A stretch of 63,555 nt of DNA, counting the filler, from Phoronis australis (lineage: Eukaryota; Animalia; Phoronida), in the NCBI GenBank assembly GCA_002633005.1. It is 7 parts of 7 records of this genome, joined end to end, with 100 filler letters (N's around TTAATTAATTAA, not from the genome) between each part and the next. Parts side by side here need not be neighbours in the genome. Positions count along the whole stretch, not along the records: positions 36,186 to 50,069 come from NMRA01000455.1; 6 more parts are not named here. One strand, 5' to 3'. Within the stretch, counting starts at the first letter, position 1. Each line of letters opens with the position of its first letter. A program made the position numbers and the translations under genes. Shown here piece after piece: positions 37,540 through 48,213 of the stretch. Below the pieces are notes generated by a model, which was not told the origin of the DNA, ran no database searches, and worked only from the letters and a program-made list of their open reading frames with translations.

Positions 37540-37942
37540 GAAACTTATTTCTTTTAGAAAACTTCAGTTTTCAAAAGTTAGTTCCTTGAAAACTTATGTT
37601 CGGAAAACTTAGTTTTCAAAAACTTAAGTTTTGATGACTTATGTTTGTTGCTAAAAACTTGTTCCAAAACTTAAGTTTTTCAAAAACTTAAGTTTCTGAA
37701 ACTTAAGTTTTCCAAAAACTTAAGTATTTTGGAACAAGTTTTTTGGAACGAACTTAAGTTGTCAAAACTTAAGTTTTCAGAACTTATGTTTTTGAAAAAC
37801 TTAAGTTATGAAAACTTAAGTTCGTTCCAGAAAACTTGTTCCAAAATACTTAAGTTTTCGCCAAAAACTTAAGTTTTCGGGAATGAAAACTTAAGTTTTT
37901 CGGACCAAAAACTTAAGTTTTTCGATGAAAACTTAAGTTTAT
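37540..37942. repeat. Array of the palindromic 14-mer AAAACTTAAGTTTT
   Basis: More than a dozen exact or degenerate copies with short variable spacers. Confidence 0.9.
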
Positions 37943-38001
37943 TATTGTAAGGGATCCAGTGTGAGAGCTCAGTAGATGCAAAAGTATAAGCTCATTCGTA
38001 G

Positions 38002-39392
38002 TACGGTGGCCCGAAAGTATCATCGCTATTTTAGTTTATTAATTTTTTTATTTTTCCTTTTCCACCTAGGATGAAATATTTCAACCTAGGTGGAAATTAT
38101 ATTCACCCGGGTAAAAATTATTTCAACCTAGGTGGAAATTATTTTCACCCGGGTGGAAACTATTTCAACCTAGGTGGAAATTATTTTCACCCGGGTGGAA
38201 ACTATTTCAACCTAGGTAGAAATTATTTTCACCCGGGTGGAAATTATTTTCACCTGGGTGAAAATGTTATACATCCGGGCACCTATTTTCATCTGTGTTG
38301 TGATTGGATGAAGTCTTGTAGGTGAAGGTCGATTGGGCCAGCCATTTTGTTCAAGTGACAAAGTTCAGATTAGGTTGCAATGTCGGCGCCTTATCTGCCT
38401 CTTGGATTTCCCGCGGACTTTAACAGAGACAGTGTGATTACGTATTTATTACTCCTAGTTCCAAAACAACTCTCTGAATAAAGTTGCCGGATTTCAGCAA
38501 CGAACCCAAGCCATTAACAAATATAGTGTATGGTGTAGAACGTTGAGAAATTTCCGATAAATAAATGACATATTATTGTTGTTGTCCAAAAGCCTCACCC
38601 TTCCCGTGCTGACAGGTTTCAAAGACTTAAAGTTACACAACTAGCAACAGAAGGCACAGATAATATTATAAATATACCACAAATGGTAAAAGACGTATGG
38701 TGAATCACATCTTATGGATTCACAAGAGGATACAAATTTTGGTAAACAACTAGCATGATTAATGAATTATACACCAGTCTTAAAAATTACTTAACATTGT
38801 TTCTAATTAGAGTATAATTGTCAGAAGTATCAGAAATGTCACTAACCAATAGTGTAATAAAACACATAATTTCTCATTAAAATACGTATTTGTGTATGAG
38901 CATTGCAATGACAATCACCTTCAGTAACCAGCGTATAACAGTACAAAGTATTCAAGATTAAATGATACTGTAAGGTACAGTCCAGTTAAATTTAAAAAAA
39001 AAATCCAAATTAGTAACGTTTTCGGGGGGGGGGGTGGTCAAGCAAAATTCCTTGCACACATTGTCCTGTATATGCTAACACTCTAACACATATGTCTGCA
39101 AACATGTGGTGGCAGAATGATCTAACCGATTGACATGAATAAACAAAACAAATAACATTGTTTTTAGAGTGCTACAAAAGGGTGTGCAGCTATGGCTTGA
39201 CACATGACTTGTTATTGTTCCTAGCGCAAGTAGATGACGCCACGTTAACCAAACGACGTACAAGCATGAAAATAATTTCCACCCGGCTGAAAATAATTTT
39301 CACCTAGGTTGAAATAATTTCCACCTAGGTGGAAAATGAAAAAAGAAAAAATATTTAAACAAAAGTAGCGATGATACTTTCAGGCCACCGTA
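38002..39392. mobile_element. TA-bounded non-autonomous TIR element with subterminal 21-bp repeats
   Basis: TACGGTGGCCCGAAAGTATCATCGCTA...TAGCGATGATACTTTCAGGCCACCGTA; the 21-bp repeat array at 38071-38265 is mirrored at 39270-39335. Confidence 0.85.
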
Positions 39393-39459
39393 AATATGTC
39401 ATATATATTCAAAATTACTGACCGGTAGTTGAGATTTCTGGGGCTGGCAAGCACAACCC

Positions 39460-40340
39460 ATGCACACTGGGTTTTAACGGTCATAGCGTATTTGGTAACC
39501 AGTAACATCTATTTGAATCACATGGAATTGTTTATTGTGGTACCCCGAATGATGACCTAGCTTCTTTTACAGTGTAATTGAGTTTCTGGCGAACGCCTTC
39601 CAGAGCACAATTTGTTGTCTGTCATGGGTCATCTGGTGGATTATTGGTTTAAAGTCAGTTTTAGCCGGTACCTCGGGTATCTAATGTACCTCAAAGTTTT
39701 GAGAGCATATATTGTGGTTGAGATTTTAGGGGGTTTCTACCGGGCACAACCCAGAGTGTATTTTGTCTGTCATAGGGGTTTTTGTGATCTGTGACATGTA
39801 TTGAATCACATGGAATTGGTTTTGTTTGATACCTCGAATGTTTGTTTTATCTCATTTTTGGGGGTCCTTTTTTGGTTTCTGCCGGACCCATTCCAGAGTG
39901 CAATTTATCTGTCATGGATCATTTGGTGTTCAGTGCGGTACTATTGTTCGTTTAAAATCAGTTTTGGCCGGTACATCGAAAATCTAGTCTACCTCAAATT
40001 TTTGATGGCATACCATGGTTGAGATTTTTGGGGGTTTCTGTCGGGCACAACCCAGAGTGTATTTTGTCTGTCATAGGGGTTTTAGTGATCTGTGTCATGT
40101 ATTGAATCACATGGAATTGGTTTTGCGTGGTACCTCGAATGTATGTGCTAGCTCATTTTTGGGGGGTCCTTTTTTGGTTTCTGCCGGACACATTCCAGAG
40201 TGCAATTTGTCTGTCATGGGTCATTTGGTGTTCAGTAGGGTACTATTGTTCGTTTTAAATCAGTTTTGTTTCGTACCTCGAATATCTAGTCTAGCTAATT
40301 TTTGGGCTGTTTGTAAGGCCCCCAGGGGTCACACCCAGAG
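39460..40340. repeat. ~300-bp tandem repeat, about 3 copies
   Basis: TTGAATCACATGGAATTG recurs at ~39513, 39801 and 40102 with aligned flanks. Confidence 0.9.
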
Positions 40341-41237
40341 TGCAGACAACGGCAGACGTCCATTTCTGTATATACTGAGGTGGACTTTAAATGCTCCCGT
40401 GGTCAGGTGTTGGTAGCTCGTTCATCTATGCTAAGTGCTCTGGGCTGCCGGTCTATTAGGCCAAGACAAAAGCGAGACCTGACGACCGACACTTGCAAAA
40501 GTAGCATGTAAAGAACATGTACATGTACAGTATCCGGAGGAATATTGTAAAAATAATATCGTTTCGCCTTCCTGTTCGTGAGGAGGTTTGCTTTCACATA
40601 ACTATCTCAAAATGGTACTCGGCAAGGGAAGCTCGAGTGAACTTAGAGTGATTTCCATGGATGTGTTCAATTTGTGTCTACTAAATTGTCTCCAGAGACA
40701 TGATATGTCTTAATTATAACTCAGTGCGTATATATGCATGTTTCATTCGATGTTATTTACTGTATTTTGAAGTAAGTTACTTTTGCTGATGTATGGTATC
40801 GACTGTGCACGCCCACGTCGTCCCCAGATAATAATTAGTTATAGTTGATTTTTATTTCGGTAAAGAAATTACTACAGTCCGTAATACATGTATGTTCAAT
40901 GTTGTTTGATGGGAAATGTGCCAAAAACTCCGGTATTTCAGTTCCTTTGTTTGTAATGTCAAAGTGCTAAACATTGCTCCGACATTCCGCACCCCCCCCC
41001 CCAAATCTGTTGATTAAGCAAAACGGTGGGAAGGCGTAGGACCGGCCGTCTCGCACTAGTCAGGTGACATTGCAGCTACCTCTGGCAATGGTTTTTAGGG
41101 ACCCTAATCCAGGCCCATAAGAAGTCCAGGAGTGAACTGCTCCATGACAACAAGTTTTTTTGAACTCCTCAAGAGAGATTGTGAATCAGAAAAAACACTT
41201 TTCTCACCAAATTGGTGGTTTTGATTTCTTCTCGTAG

Positions 41238-41390
41238 TTGAAGGCTTGTGCGATAACATTGCTGCAGGACGGAGATCCATTCAGATTCGTATTACCAGAG
41301 CGAGGGGCCACATGAACGCTTATACGGGCTATATCTCCGCAAGTAAAATTACCGTGGAAGAAATTCGCTATGACCTTGACATCAGTGCAG
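41238..41390 (+). CDS. CTHRC1-like domain protein: end of upstream domain plus linker (5' exons not found)
   Basis: EGLCDNIAAG...NAYTGYISASKITVEEI resembles CTHRC1 EGLCEGIGAG...DASTGWNSVSRIIIEEL. It has no stop; acceptor TTCTCGTAG, donor GTACTG; phases 1/1. Confidence 0.8.
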
Positions 41391-41710
41391 GTACTGTACT
41401 TAAAAAGAAATGGAGTATTCAATTATGAAATGACGCTCTTGCGTGCTTCTTTGTATTTATTTTGACTGTTTTTGGTTTTTGTTTAGGAAATGTACAATTC
41501 CGTCATAGACGTCAAAATATTGTTTACATGAAGTTGAGTGTTTACAGTTAGAAAAAATGTTACTGCCTATTGTGAGCGGCTTTTGTGTTGTTTATACACT
41601 GTAGGTTTTGGAATCCTGTGGGAATTTAATACATAAAGTCGTTAGTCGCCTAAAGATTTTGCAATTATTGTTGGGGAATGTGTAGTTCACTTCAATTTAT
41701 TTGCCAACAG

Positions 41711-41817
41711 TCGTGACAAGCGACGGTAGCATCCAGCGATTGCCCGAGTACAACTTTCACCAGTGGAGTTGGTCAGCGTTGGATGATGAGACAGATAACG
41801 GGCATATCAGAAATGTT
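41711..41817 (+). CDS. CTHRC1-like domain protein: start of last domain
   Basis: YNFHQWSWSALDDETDNGHI resembles CTHRC1 [20 protein letters not shown]; acceptor CAACAG, donor GTGAGT; phases 1/0. Confidence 0.85.
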
Positions 41818-42396
41818 GTGAGTAAATAGCCTAGTCATAACGTCGGACCGCGTGCGACCAAGGGGTATATTTTTATACTAATTTTTGAAACCCTCGTGGA
41901 ATGCACTTAACTGTTTTTATTGTTACCTTAGCAACAATGTGTCCTAGTCGTCCGAATGACTGACACATTTTACTCATATTAGACAATTGTTAAAAACCTA
42001 GATTTATGTTGCGGAGTAAACTACAAAAAATTATTTCAAGCAACGTAACTTTTGAGATCTTCAAAACTTGCTAGACATAGCGTTTGAAATTAAGTTTTAA
42101 AAACACTCTTCACATTCTACAGACTTCCAAAATAATAAGTCTCAAATATTCTCATTGTGATTTTCGAAAACGGTAGCCATAGGGTCCAAGTACAACCAAA
42201 AAAATGATTAAAAGTATACCGAGCTGAATTTAAATGAGAATGCCACCCGGTTTAATTAGTCTTTTTAACGTCTTGATCGGTTTATATCCACATCGCCTCA
42301 TATACGGTCGACCTCACCTTGCCGAGAGATGTCGCGTTAACCTGTGAGGAAAGTGATGAACTACGAAGCAAGGTCAGTGGTTCGTCTGCACAGTGA

Positions 42397-42675
42397 ATGC
42401 CGCTATATTGCAGTACATCGTTCCCGCTGGGGAAAGCGGGTACATCGTTTTTTCGACCTTCTCGAGGGCACAAAATGCTTAGGAAGTGGCTCGCGGTAGT
42501 GAAGAATGAAAGGTATGCTGTTAATAGCAAGTATGATGCCGTGAAACATCTCCGTGTCTGTGGCCGGCATTTCGTCGACAGTGATTTATCTCACGAATTC
42601 CGGCTTACCAAAGAACTTTCCATGCGTTCCGTTGCCTGTGCAGGTTCACGGCGCTTCTCGTGTAGGCTTTCTTGA
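42397..42675 (+). pseudogene. THAP zinc-finger remnant, probably from a DNA transposon, inside an intron
   Basis: MPLYC...SFFRP...RKWL...LRVCGRHF..SD fits the THAP pattern, but the second Cys and the AVP box are not intact. Confidence 0.65.
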
Positions 42676-43539
42676 TCAGTGTATTCCGGTTCGAACTGAT
42701 AGCCTGGGAAACCTAACGATCCGACACATGAAGTCTTCGTCGGAAGAGCTCCTGACTAAGTCGGGATTGGCGCCTGGCGAGTTGGAATGTGGACGTTTAT
42801 TATTCTGCGTTCTGTATGCAAATCACCAATACTGTTGTTTATTAGCCTCGAATGGCCACTGCAACCGTGTAATAACTATTTAGTTTTCTAATGGTGTGAG
42901 ATAACATTTTGGCGGGAAACCGAGGCCGGTTTCTAACCCGTTCCGCAAGAGATGCGAGTTGTCGACTTTACAACTGCACCACTCAGCAGCTGACCTTATC
43001 GAACGTGAAAATACAATACTTAAATGAGCACGCACAACAATCGCATGTTCAACAAAAGGCATTGTACCGACATTTATGCGCTATGACATACAAGACGCAT
43101 AATTTTCATTAAAACAATATTTTAATTCAGTGAAAATTTTCTCTCATTTTCTCTCACTTGTAAATCAACGATCTCCAATTTGAATGCGGGTATCATGTCG
43201 TCGGGATCCTTTGACTTGAGAATCATACTTAGTTACCAGTGGTAACTTATTTTAGCAGACGATATTTTCCCGATCGAAGCTTAGCATGATGAATTGTGTA
43301 GTAAGCTATAACAGTTACTACACGTTAATTTATAGATTCACTTTATTTCTCTTTTGTTTAAATTTTCACTTGGTTTTGAGTAAAAGCATAATTTGACAAA
43401 AATAGCGTGGCTTTTCTTAAAAGGTCACGACCTCCGACCCCGGGCCTCTGACATAGAAAGTACATGTAGTTACAAAGCCAAGGCCAGTCGAGAAAAGTAG
43501 ATAGATTCATTGCAATGTTTCTCGTTCGGTATGTGGTAT

Positions 43540-43709
43540 AAATAGATGTTTACATGTTCTCAGTCGTTATCCTCGTTATCCAGAGCCCTCGTGGATCTTG
43601 GAGAATTATCGCCCTAGAGGCGTTATCCCCGAGGGCGATAATATTTCAAAATCCTCTCGGGCTCTAGAATACGTGGGATAAGGACTTCGCCATGTAATAA
43701 TCTATATTT
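43540..43709. mobile_element. Palindromic (fold-back) MITE-like element
   Basis: Imperfect ~170-bp hairpin centred on TTATCGCCCT...AGGGCGATAA, with outer AGAGCCC/GGGCTCT, TTATCC/GGATAA and TACATG/CATGTA pairs. Confidence 0.7.
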
Positions 43710-44394
43710 ACAACGCCTTTTACTGTTTAGCATATGTGATTATGTTTAAGCCATGTAATCATCGTTTTTACAGAAGATATGTAACTTAATACTTAGGAAC
43801 TTAATTAGAGAATGAATGAAAACCAGTTAATTTAGTGACACAAGAAGGAAATGACATGTTAAGATCTCACGAAACTTTCTGCTATAGTCCAGGGCCCACT
43901 AATTTTGTACCGTCGTCAACTCTCAAACATTAGGTGCCAGCAAATGTTGAAACTTTCGCATATTGATAAGCGTTACCTAAGCTTCATTCGTGTTGCGCGT
44001 TAACTGTGGGGAAACCCATCCAACCACCAAGAACCACAATATGCTCTCTTTGACGCACTAAGTATTTGTTTTTGTTGAAACCTGCTTTTATCAAGACCAA
44101 CGGCGCATTTGCAGCAGAGGGGCAGCACGAGGATTGGTTGAAAATCCGCACGAAAGCCGAGTACGAGGTTCTCAAAAATACAGTACAAATGTCATTTTTG
44201 TAATCCATCAAAAACCGTCATAAACTGCCCTGTAACTTTTCGTTCCTAGTCGTACAACGTAAGCTCTGTTTCTAAACAGATAGCGATGTAAATGTGAGTA
44301 CGACCTATGCGTGCCCATGTCCACACTATTGTATATCTTTCACTTTGCCATATATAGTGACCATAAGTTGTTGTATATTTAATATCGTCCGCAG

Positions 44395-44620
44395 TTGGTC
44401 ACATACACCAAGAAGTCATCAATGAGTATGCTAGCGGTACAGTTTAACGGAGATTTGCGACAGTTCTATTCGTCCTACAGTGCACCCGGATGTTCCCGAT
44501 GGTACCTGACTTTTAACGGAGCAGAATGTTCAACACCGGGACCTATTTCTGCACTTGTCTATCAAAGACTGTTGTACACTACCAATAATCTGCACGATGA
44601 TCAACATCATACGTCACTAT
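44395..44620 (+). CDS. CTHRC1-like domain protein: core exon
   Basis: TYTKKSSMSMLAVQFNGDLR...CSRWYLTFNGAECSTPGPI resembles CTHRC1 TFTK...LFSGSLR...CQRWYFTFNGAECSGPLPI; acceptor CCGCAG, donor GTAAGT; phases 0/1. Confidence 0.93.
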
Positions 44621-45371
44621 GTAAGTTTGCTCTCAAAAATGACACTTTCACGAAGTATAATTACACGGGACTTTATTATACTCCGCATATCAATTAACGA
44701 CAATCATTTCCGACGGGAGAAATATTAGCTGGAATTACACGAGTCGTAACAAAATTGCGCATTGCCTAACACTTTGTGGACAGATCAAGCGGGAATGAAA
44801 GTCAGAGTCACGAAATAGTGCAAAGTGTTCAATAGCGACATTTCCTGCCTTAACACCGAATCTGTATTGGCATTAAAGTCATTATAAAAACACTCTTAAA
44901 CTAACACTGTCACAGACACCTTTCAGAGAAGCTTAAACCTTAATTTTAGTTTCCAGAATCGGGCATTGGTAGCATTGCTTTTTCAGAAGTCGTAATATTT
45001 GCCCCACAAGGCTACTAATCAGCTCAGGGATGCGTTCACTTAGATACGAGAAAGTCAGAAAAACAAGGTCACGCAGATTTATAAACATAACGCCAGTGAA
45101 AAGTGAGACCTTCTTTCGGTAACTGGTTGGCGAAACTAGAATGCTGAAGTGTGGCTGTACCATCAACGAACAGTTCTCGCTGCGGGTGTTTGCCTACATG
45201 TATGTCTTGGTCAACTGAACGCAGCTCGGGCGCTTGGGTAGAAGACTACTCTCGTTACGGCCTCAAGATACTGTAACTACACGTAGCCTCCTTCCATTGC
45301 GAACCCCACCGCGGATGTTTTCATGTAAGTCCATTTTCGTGTGCATGTATTCTAAATTCCTTCAATTGCAG

Positions 45372-45517
45372 TTGGCGGATATTGCAAACTTCCAGCAGGG
45401 AACCACATCATTAAACTGCTGGTACAGACATGCCCTGGACAAAGCTACAACGACGCTTACACGGGCTGGCGATCGAGTAGTCGTCTGATGGTCAACGAAG
45501 TATTCCCTGTCGACTAG
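45372..45517 (+). CDS. CTHRC1-like domain protein: terminal exon
   Basis: GGYCKLPAGNHIIKLLVQTCPGQSYNDAYTGWRSSSRLMVNEVFPVD*; acceptor TTGCAG; phase 1. Confidence 0.92.
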
Positions 45518-45897
45518 CGGACACAATGTTTGAAGTGTATTTATACAAACTCAAGAGCAACACCTTGTGTTCCATTTGTGTTGATGTGATTTGCTTTATT
45601 GACAGTGTATTGGCCTAAGAAAGATTTTTTTTGGGATTTGAACCGCGGGTGTTTATTTATAGCTCTGAAAGTGTCTCGGTGTGCTAGCTAGTGAACCATG
45701 ATGACTGCTTTTCTGTATGTTTTCTATGTTCTTATGTAACCATTAATTGTTGCTCTTTTCACTAATTCATAGAGAGATAAGCTAATTAGTTTGAGAAGTT
45801 TGAAGATGCTTGTTTGGCAGTTGAGGATTTAACGTGTGGTCCAGTATATATTGTCACTCAAGTTACACCGAAGGTGGTGTTTAGTTTCCTCCACGTC

Positions 45898-45903
45898 AAT
45901 AAA
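45898..45903 (+). terminator. Candidate polyadenylation signal
   Basis: AATAAA about 380 nt after the stop codon. Confidence 0.45.
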
Positions 45904-47395
45904 GTCTTTTAACATCACTATCGTGTTTTACCTTGCCCGAACCTGTTTATGATCCCAACGTTGGGTGCAGTGGTGCGAGCAATCAGGTGGCGGAAGTCTA
46001 CATGTACATGTACATTGTACATGTGCTCACTTTGCTGTGTTTCTTTCTTACCAATACCACACCGCTAGACCAAGGATTTGCAGATGATACCAGCATTGGC
46101 AGTCTGATGAAGATGCCTCTAGACTTCCTTACGCATTGACGTTGAAATACATGTATGGCGAGAACACTGCTTAAAAGGGATTATGACACGCAAATTATTT
46201 TTCATTGCTGATGTGAGACCTACATGTATATTGTTTTTGCCTTTCATAAATACAACTTCCCAATATTGCAAATATCTGCGCACACTGCAGAAAAGCCATA
46301 ATGACACAAGATTTAATGGACTTTTTCAAATGAGACTTGAATCACAGGTGGTGGCAACATTCTTCTAAATCTCAAAGGCTATGACAATGAAATGTTTTAA
46401 ATACAAGAAGAACGTAACTTTAAGGCAGCCAAGAAAGGGTTACTACACGAAGTACAAACACCGTCCATTGCGAGAATCACTTACTGTTTATGTTTTTATG
46501 ACCAATTTTGTGAATATTTGACGCGTATTGAGAACGGGGCAAACTGGGTTTAGAAGCCTCTGTTTTCAAGACATAGTTTTGTGAAGCATGTTTCAAACCA
46601 TACATGTACATGTTTAGGCACTCAGGTACAAAAACTGCCGGTTTGTGCCAGGGAAAGTCAGAAAACGATAAGTGGGCCTGGTTTGCTATATTGTTTTTGC
46701 TTAATGAGGCAGGTTTACCTTTTGCAGAGGATGCGTTTCTTGCAACCATCGGGAATTTCCAGCGATTTCCCAAAATTATCGCAATTCTTGGGTGCAAATG
46801 TCTGAAGAGCAAAATCCTGGCTAATACTCTGCCTGGGTCTTCTTTAGCTCAAAATGCTGGTTCCGTCCGACTTCGTTTACATGTAGTTCTAAGATGCTGG
46901 TTTCACCTATGCAGATGAGGTACTTATTCAAGCGTTACTTATGTTGTTACATTATTCTAATCGAGGCTCGCATGTCACATGTAAAGTTTTTACGTAAACG
47001 TCGAATTGGAACGATTCAAACATGTATTGTGGATTGTTTTCGTTTAAAAGGGTGCCACTGTCGTGATTTCATTAAAACAACAATTTACCTGCAGATGAGC
47101 TTTAGATACATCAAAACGTACAAGTACGGCTTTGGATAATTCTTTTCATATTTTGTTTCATCATAAAAGAATTTTCATTCATAATGTAACTAATTTCCTT
47201 GCAGCAGAGCTCTAGATACCTGAAAACGTACACGTACGATTGCAGATACATGTAGTTCTTTCAGGATTCGTTTCAAAGAGTGCCACCGTCGTGATTTCAA
47301 TGAAAAAGCTCTTGCGAAGTTTACACTAACAGTGACATTATCAACACAACTGGTACTGTACGTGCTACATTATCAGTCTAACAAAATGAACATAT

Positions 47396-47673
47396 AAAAT
47401 AGTAAAACTGAAATGACGAGCGTCCGTACTAAAATATATTAAAATATCCCCACGTATCGAGCCATGTCCTGTTGTGTTCATAATGTTCACGTTTATTGTA
47501 TGTCACTATGTGGTCCCCTGTGCCATTTTATTTTAGAATTATCCACATGTACATGTATTCAGCAGTCTGTAGCACACCCTTGAGAAAAAGCCCATCGCTC
47601 GATACGTGGGGAAAATTTATTACATTTTAGTACCGACGCTTGTCATTTTAGTTTTACTAGTTTTACTATTTTA
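47396..47673. mobile_element. MITE with ~70-bp TIRs
   Basis: TAGTAAAACTGAAATGACGAGCGTCCGTACTAAAAT...CCCCACGTATCGAGC is mirrored by GCTCGATACGTGGGG...ATTTTAGTACCGACGCTTGTCATTTTAGTTTTACTA. Confidence 0.8.
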
Positions 47674-48072
47674 AATTTTTATTCGTCGGTAACTGACGGC
47701 ATTGAAACATCTATTTCATTTCAAAAATGAACATGTTTAAGTGGATGTGGAGTTTTCTTTCTTTCTTTGTATTGGGAGACGTTTTACCTGAGGTAAGAAG
47801 AAATTAAATACAGCCTGTCGGACCCGGTGCGGATCGAGACCAGACACTAGCGAACGGTAAATGCATGCGGTTGCAAGCTGTTTTGTCGATGCAAAATGGT
47901 CAAATCATAAATGCTGCATATATTCAAGGGTAGTTTCAGACACTTGCATGAAATTACGGGCTGGTTAGTCCTGTGTCACACTGCCGCGGCAGACCTTAGT
48001 TAGCCTCAGTCACCAGCTACCAGTGAAGACTACAGTCAAAATACAGCTTGTTAGTAGGCCTATACAGCCTCC

Positions 48073-48213
48073 CGTTCAGTAGCGCTAGGACCTCGCTAAG
48101 AAGCAAGACTTCGCGATATTACGTGAGATATTGCCGTGTATTTTAAATGAGAACATGTGACTTTGACTAGGATTTTGCAAGGTTCTAGCGTAGGTCCTAG
48201 CGTCTACTGAACG
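48073..48213. mobile_element. Small MITE
   Basis: CGTTCAGTAGCGCTAGGACCTCGCTA / TAGCGTAGGTCCTAGCGTCTACTGAACG inverted ends. Confidence 0.65.

Noticed and set aside
38071-38325. YFNLGGN/YFHPGGN repeat peptide resembling a neuropeptide precursor
   Set aside because: It derives from the 21-bp subterminal repeats of a TIR element and lacks a signal peptide and dibasic sites.
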